Assembly (NCBI GenBank): GCA_020635975.1
Contig: JACJYT010000002.1
Coordinates: forward strand, 301,540 to 365,539
From: Chitinophagales bacterium
Lineage (GTDB): Bacteria > Bacteroidota > Bacteroidia > Chitinophagales > UBA8649
Direction of reading: 5' to 3'
Length of the DNA: 64,000 nt
A program made the translations under genes and the position numbers. Numbering within the stretch: the stretch's first letter is position 1; each line of letters starts with the position of its first letter. This document shows positions 61,001-64,000 of this stretch, one piece after another. The notes beneath the pieces are model-generated. The model made no database searches and had not been told where the DNA came from. It saw only the letters and a list, made by a program, of their open reading frames with translations.

Positions 61001-64000
61001 ACAGATAGCTTTACTTATGTAGTATGCGATGATGGTACGCCATTACCTTCTACTTGCGATACAGCTACGGTGGTAATTACAATTAATGCAATAAATGATG
61101 CGCTAGTTGCACTTGATGATGCAAGCAGCACTAATGAGGATACGCCGGTTACTGTAGATGTCTTAAACAACGATAGCGATGTTGATGGTAACTTAGTGCC
61201 AAGTAGTGTGGCGGAAGTAACAGCACCTACGAACGGAACAACCAGCGTGAACCCAGCAACGGGAGAAATTACCTATACTCCAGATGCCAACTTCAACGGA
61301 GTAGATAGCTTTACTTATGTAGTATGCGATGATGGTACTCCATTACCAGCCATGTGCGATACGGCAACAGTAGTAGTAACTGTAGTTGCTGTGAACGATA
61401 ATGTAGTAGCTGTTGATGATGCAGAAACAACAGATGAAGATACGCCGGTGACTGTAGATGTATTAAACAACGATAGCGATGTAGATGGCAACCTAGTTCC
61501 AAGTAGTGTGGCAGAAGTAACGGCACCTGCGAACGGAACAACTAGTGTGAATCCAGCTACAGGAGAAATTACTTATACTCCGGATGCCAACTTTAATGGA
61601 GTAGATAGCTTTACTTATGTAGTATGTGATGACGGTACGCCATTACCTTCTACTTGCGATACGGCGACAGTAGTGGTAACTATTGCACCTATTAATGATC
61701 AACCAGTGGCATTAGATGACAGTGCTAGCACTAATGAAGATACACCAGTTACTGTAGATGTATTAAACAACGATAGTGATGTTGATGGTAACTTAGACCC
61801 AAGTAGTGTGGCGGAAGTAACAGCACCTATGAACGGAACAACCAGCGTGAACCCAGCAACGGGAGAAATTACTTATACTCCAGATGCTAACTTCAACGGA
61901 GTAGATAGCTTTACTTATGTGGTATGCGATGATGGTACGCCATTACCAGCCATGTGCGATACGGCGACAGTTGTAGTAACTGTAGTTGCTGTGAACGATA
62001 ATGTAGTAGCGGTTGACGATGCAGCAACAACAGATGAGGATACGCCGGTTACTGTAGATGTATTGAACAACGATAGTGATGTTGATGGTAACTTAGTGCC
62101 AAGTAGTGTGGCTGAAGTAACGGCACCGACAAACGGAACAACTAGTGTGAACCCAGCTACAGGAGAAATTACTTATACTCCAAATGCCAACTTTAATGGT
62201 ACAGATAGCTTTACTTATGTAGTATGCGATGATGGTACACCATTACCTTCTACTTGCGATACGGCTACGGTAGTAATTACAATTAATGCAATAAATGATG
62301 CGCTAGTTGCACTTGATGATGCAAGCAGCACTAATGAGGATACGCCGGTTACTGTAGATGTATTAAACAACGATAGTGATGTTGATGGTAACTTAGACCC
62401 AAGTAGTGTGGCGGAAGTAACAGCACCTACGAACGGAACAACCAGCGTGAACCCAGCAACGGGAGAAATTACCTATACTCCAGATGCCAACTTCAACGGA
62501 GTAGATAGCTTTACTTATGTAGTATGCGATGATGGTACGCCATTGCCAGCCATGTGCGATACGGCTACGGTTGTAGTAACGGTAGTTGCTGTGAACGATA
62601 ATGTAGTAGCTGTTGATGATGCAGAAACAACAGATGAAGATACGCCGGTGACTGTAGATGTATTAAACAACGATAGCGATGTAGATGGCAACCTAGTTCC
62701 AAGTAGTGTGGCAGAAGTAACGGCACCTGCGAACGGAACAACTAGTGTGAATCCAGCTACAGGAGAAATTACTTATACTCCGGATGCCAACTTTAATGGA
62801 GTAGATAGCTTTACTTATGTAGTATGTGATGACGGTACGCCATTACCTTCTACTTGCGATACGGCGACAGTAGTGGTAACTATTGCACCTATTAATGATC
62901 AACCAGTAGCATTAGATGACAGCGCTAGCACTAATGAAGATACACCAGTTACTGTAGATGTCTTAAACAACGATAGTGATGTTGATGGTAACTTAGACCC
63001 AAGTAGTGTGGCGGAAGTAACAGCACCTACGAACGGAACAACCAGCGTGAACCCAGCAACGGGAGAAATTACTTATACTCCAGATGCTAACTTCAACGGA
63101 GTAGATAGCTTTACTTATGTGGTATGTGATGATGGTACGCCATTGCCAGCCATGTGCGATACGGCGACAGTTGTAGTAACGGTAGTTGCCGTGAACGATA
63201 ATGTAGTAGCGGTTGACGATGCAGCAACAACTGATGAGGATACGCCGGTTACTGTAGATGTATTGAACAATGATAGTGATGTTGATGGCAACTTAGTGCC
63301 AAGTAGTGTGGCGGAAGTAACGGCACCTGCGAACGGAACAACTAGTGTGAATCCAGCTACAGGAGAAATTACTTATACTCCGGATGCCAACTTTAATGGA
63401 GTAGATAGCTTTACTTATGTAGTATGTGATGACGGTACGCCATTACCTTCTACTTGCGATACGGCGACAGTAGTGGTAACTATTGCACCTATTAATGATC
63501 AACCAGTAGCATTAGATGACAGCGCTAGCACTAATGAAGATACACCAGTTACTGTAGATGTCTTAAACAACGATAGCGATGTTGATGGTAACTTAGTGCC
63601 AAGTAGTGTGGCGGAAGTGACAGCACCTGCTAACGGAACAACAAGTGTGAATCCAGCTACAGGAGAAATTACTTATACTCCAAATGCCAATTTTAATGGA
63701 GTAGATAGCTTTACTTATGTAGTTTGCGATGATGGTACGCCATTACCTTCTACTTGCGATACCGCTACGGTTCTACTTACCATACTTCCTGTGAATGACC
63801 CACCAATTGCAATAGGAGATAGTGAGACAACGCTTGAGGATACCCCAATAGATATTCTTGTTTTAATTAACGACAGCGATTTAGAAGGTCCATTGGATAC
63901 GACTACGGTTAATGTTTTAACGGGGCCTATGAATGGTACTGTAGTCCTTAACTCGGATGGTAGTATTACGTATACGCCAAACACGAATTACTTTGGTAAT
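55049..64000 (+). CDS. giant cell-surface repeat adhesin, 5' part (cadherin-like/VCBS-type ~100-aa tandem repeats); 3' end outside window
   Basis: ATG at 55049 with signal-like MSKIYYLPRFIANGVLRNLNRVFLFSLFSLFIPLLSFAEG.
- I translated 55049..56640 codon by codon, and every repeat line type thereafter, without meeting a stop.
- 8,952 nt is exactly 2,984 codons to base 64000.
- The repeat consensus is ND-PVA-DD--STNEDTPVTVDVLNNDSDVDGNL-PSSVAEVTAP-NGTTSVNPATGEITYTPDANFNG-DSFTYVVCDDGTPLP--CDTATVV.
- It is not in the ORF track because there is no stop in the window. Confidence 0.9.
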   Translation, partial: MSKIYYLPRFIANGVLRNLNRVFLFSLFSLFIPLLSFAEGSAQLNPNASDLALIQVNSASFGPGIAYVGAPDIERLYFSIENPTSELVYFGFALPYTVNGVATTNAFGFQVRNSAGTVVHGPFTINNSNVNITGTEAARQTLSANGPNVLGAGGYSVTATSGPNFIYIFNPASFGAGDYYVEIGTVSGGVLNFSTADQYFRHFDITVTNNPATARINGRAYCKNWTIRTPCNGCPGGGTFDRSFTGKVYIYEDSGFVSSIDFASATFAGLGFELAFNSTGPNSGGTVADNRKSVEGLSTLPVYKVFLNDPDITLYPSGPVGSVLDGPRAVYNGACVSSNICFEYTVSEPGIIELLLDFDQASGAGLYDPGTADVLLVGEAIGSGPISGCVAWDGLDGLGSPVSDISGLTFELNYSQAPTHFMMYDVERVNPGFALIPERPFISGYVADFFHDSENIPDNPLVGTTNKLELNGCSPYCQEWNLNTGSPANGFGESNTINSWWYGNRISSVQVAASQPNCPPIANNDLVSTNEDTPVTVDVLNNDTDTESAIDTVFILSNPSNGSLGTPNPITGEIVYTPNPEFSGTDVFTYVICDAGVPEPVYCDTATVTISVNAINDAPVATDDNASTNEDTPVTVDVLNNDSDVDGNLVPSSVAEVTAPANGTTSVNPATGEITYTPDANFNGVDSFTYVVCDDGTPLPAMCDTATVVVTVVAVNDNVVAVDDAETTDEDTPVTVDVLNNDSDVDGNLVPSSVAEVTAPANGTTSVNPATGEITYTPDANFNGTDSFTYVVCDDGTPLPSTCDTATVVITINAINDAPVSLDDASSTNEDTPVTVDVLNNDSDVDGNLDPSSVAEVTAPANGTTSVNPATGEITYTPNANFNGVDSFTYVVCDDGTPLPAMCDTATVVVTVVAVNDNVVAVDDAATTDEDTPVTVDVLNNDSDVDGNLVPSSVAEVTAPTNGTTSVNPATGEITYTPDANFNGTDSFTYVVCDDGTPLPSTCDTATVVITINAINDAPVATDDNASTNEDTPVTVDVLNNDSDVDGNLVPSSVAEVTAPTNGTTSVNPATGEITYTPDANFNGVDSFTYVVCDDGTPLPAMCDTATVVVTVVAVNDNVVAVDDASSTNEDTPVTVDVLNNDSDVDGNLVPSSVAEVTAPTNGTTSVNPATGEITYTPDANFNGVDSFTYVVCDDGTPLPSTCDTATVVITINAINDAPVATDDNGSTNEDTPVTVDVLNNDSDVDGNLDPSSVAEVTAPANGTTSVNPATGEITYTPDANFNGVDSFTYVVCDDGTPLPAMCDTATVVVTVVAVNDNVVAVDDASSTNEDTPVTVDVLNNDSDVDGNLVPSSVAEVTAPTNGTTSVNPATGEITYTPNANFNGTDSFTYVVCDDGTPLPSTCDTATVVITINAINDAPVATDDNASTNEDTPVTVDVLNNDSDVDGNLVPSSVAEVTAPANGTTSVNPATGEITYTPDANFNGVDSFTYVVCDDGTPLPAMCDTATVVVTVVAVNDNVVAVDDAATTDEDTPVMVDVLNNDSDVDGNLDPSSVAEVTAPANGTTSVNSATGEITYSPNLGYLGLDSFTYVVCDDGTPLPSTCDTATVVVTIAPINDQPVALDDSASTNEDTPVTVDVLNNDSDVDGNLVPSSVAEVTAPTNGTTSVNPATGEITYTPDANFNGVDSFTYVVCDDGTPLPSTCDTATVVITINATNDNVLAVDDAATTDEDTPVIVDVLNNDSDVDGNLDPSSVAEVTAPVNGTTSVNPATGEITYTPDVNFNGTDSFTYVVCDDGTPLPSTCDTATVVVTIAPINDQPVALDDSASTNEDTPVTVDVLNNDSDVDGNLDPSSVAEVTAPTNGTTSVNPATGEITYTPDANFNGVDSFTYVVCDDGTPLPAMCDTATVVVTVVAVNDNVVAVDDAETTDEDTPVTVDVLNNDSDVDGNLVPSSVAEVTAPANGTTSVNPATGEITYTPNANFNGTDSFTYVVCDDGTPLPSTCDTATVVITINAINDALVALDDASSTNEDTPVTVDVLNNDSDVDGNLVPSSVAEVTAPTNGTTSVNPATGEITYTPDANFNGVDSFTYVVCDDGTPLPAMCDTATVVVTVVAVNDNVVAVDDAETTDEDTPVTVDVLNNDSDVDGNLVPSSVAEVTAPANGTTSVNPATGEITYTPDANFNGVDSFTYVVCDDGTPLPSTCDTATVVVTIAPINDQPVALDDSASTNEDTPVTVDVLNNDSDVDGNLDPSSVAEVTAPMNGTTSVNPATGEITYTPDANFNGVDSFTYVVCDDGTPLPAMCDTATVVVTVVAVNDNVVAVDDAATTDEDTPVTVDVLNNDSDVDGNLVPSSVAEVTAPTNGTTSVNPATGEITYTPNANFNGTDSFTYVVCDDGTPLPSTCDTATVVITINAINDALVALDDASSTNEDTPVTVDVLNNDSDVDGNLDPSSVAEVTAPTNGTTSVNPATGEITYTPDANFNGVDSFTYVVCDDGTPLPAMCDTATVVVTVVAVNDNVVAVDDAETTDEDTPVTVDVLNNDSDVDGNLVPSSVAEVTAPANGTTSVNPATGEITYTPDANFNGVDSFTYVVCDDGTPLPSTCDTATVVVTIAPINDQPVALDDSASTNEDTPVTVDVLNNDSDVDGNLDPSSVAEVTAPTNGTTSVNPATGEITYTPDANFNGVDSFTYVVCDDGTPLPAMCDTATVVVTVVAVNDNVVAVDDAATTDEDTPVTVDVLNNDSDVDGNLVPSSVAEVTAPANGTTSVNPATGEITYTPDANFNGVDSFTYVVCDDGTPLPSTCDTATVVVTIAPINDQPVALDDSASTNEDTPVTVDVLNNDSDVDGNLVPSSVAEVTAPANGTTSVNPATGEITYTPNANFNGVDSFTYVVCDDGTPLPSTCDTATVLLTILPVNDPPIAIGDSETTLEDTPIDILVLINDSDLEGPLDTTTVNVLTGPMNGTVVLNSDGSITYTPNTNYFGN
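56881..63780 (+). repeat. in-frame tandem array: 23 units of exactly 300 bp (100 codons) inside the adhesin gene
   Basis: The motif T[TC]ACTTATGT ends at 56820 and then every 300 bp through 63720 (24 occurrences). More divergent repeats of the same family flank the array at 56600..56880 and from 63781. Confidence 0.95.

Noticed and set aside
56881-63780. A diversity-generating retroelement (DGR) as the source of the recurrent variable codons in the repeats.
   Set aside because: No reverse transcriptase or template repeat is in the window. The substitutions are not adenine-specific (for example GCC/ACA/ATG/GTC at one codon, GTG/GAC at another). Recombinational shuffling explains the pattern better.
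56815-63984. A series of minus-strand ORFs in the track, 72-89 aa, recurring with the 300-bp period. Examples are MAGAVTSATLLG.KLPSTSLSLFKTSTVTGVSS... at 56815, 57115, 57415, 58615, 59515 and 60115, plus 59511, 61311 and 63715.
   Set aside because: They are the antisense of the adhesin repeats. They use TTG starts created only where the sense strand reads GCC AAC, and each is closed by a stop within every unit. They never join into a long ORF, whereas the sense frame is open for 2,984 codons with a coherent domain consensus. They are an artefact of repeat composition.
56600-64000. The strictly periodic 300-bp repeat region as a possible CRISPR or other non-coding array.
   Set aside because: There is no short repeat/unique spacer alternation. 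The whole unit is repeated, it is in-frame, and it translates to a conserved 100-aa domain. No cas genes are present in the window.
1-64000. A search for tRNA, rRNA, transposase/integrase, prophage or plasmid genes and for compositional islands.
   Set aside because: None was seen by eye. All intergenic regions longer than 100 bp were read and none folds into an obvious cloverleaf. The only GC-richer stretch is the adhesin repeat array, which its amino-acid composition explains.

Overview
This is a low-GC chromosomal segment that looks like Bacteroidota, probably Flavobacteriia-like. The lineage call rests on three proteins with T9SS (type IX secretion system) C-terminal sorting domains, recurrent TAnnTTTG -7 promoter boxes, and many lipoproteins. 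All calls are by-eye motif reading, and no database search was run.

**Part 1 - content.** I support about 55 protein-coding genes.
- Most are housekeeping: rpmH-rnpA, tsaB, msrB, recO, glmS, accD, rpsO-pnp, rpe, ndk, tyrS and pcm.
- The rest are envelope or secreted proteins.
- I saw no rRNA, tRNA, CRISPR array, transposase, integrase or phage genes, and no convincing multi-gene defence island.
- The supplied ORF track misses two real genes: rpmH (6058..6213) and a giant adhesin gene.
- The adhesin gene starts at 55049 and stays open for 2,984 codons to the window end.

**Part 2 - worth a second look.**
1. The adhesin contains 23 consecutive indel-free 300-bp coding repeats with 326-350-bp perfectly identical blocks. 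The units fall into three linker classes arranged in 600-bp and then 1,200-bp super-repeats, with one chimeric unit at the switch.
2. Gene 4957..5955 encodes a voltage-sensor-like S1-S4 domain (the four helices of ion-channel voltage sensors) with no pore domain.
3. Three co-directional genes at 33737..38527 look like a secreted extracellular-DNA module. They are a signal-peptide protein, an endonuclease I with a T9SS tail, and a plastocyanin-like cupredoxin + lamin-tail (LTD) + T9SS-tail protein.
4. The 498-bp gene-free region at 53678..54175 is packed with direct repeats. These are a 41-mer x2 carrying TTCGAAT-N13-ATTCGAA, a heptamer x6 and an 11-mer x2.
5. A UvrD-type helicase is fused to a Cas4/AddB-like four-Cys nuclease. 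It sits next to a stand-alone protein resembling the UvrD/PcrA C-terminal Tudor domain.
6. Gene 49431..50465 encodes a cyclophilin-FKBP dual immunophilin.

None of these is proven novel. Each needs profile searches or experiments, as stated per finding.
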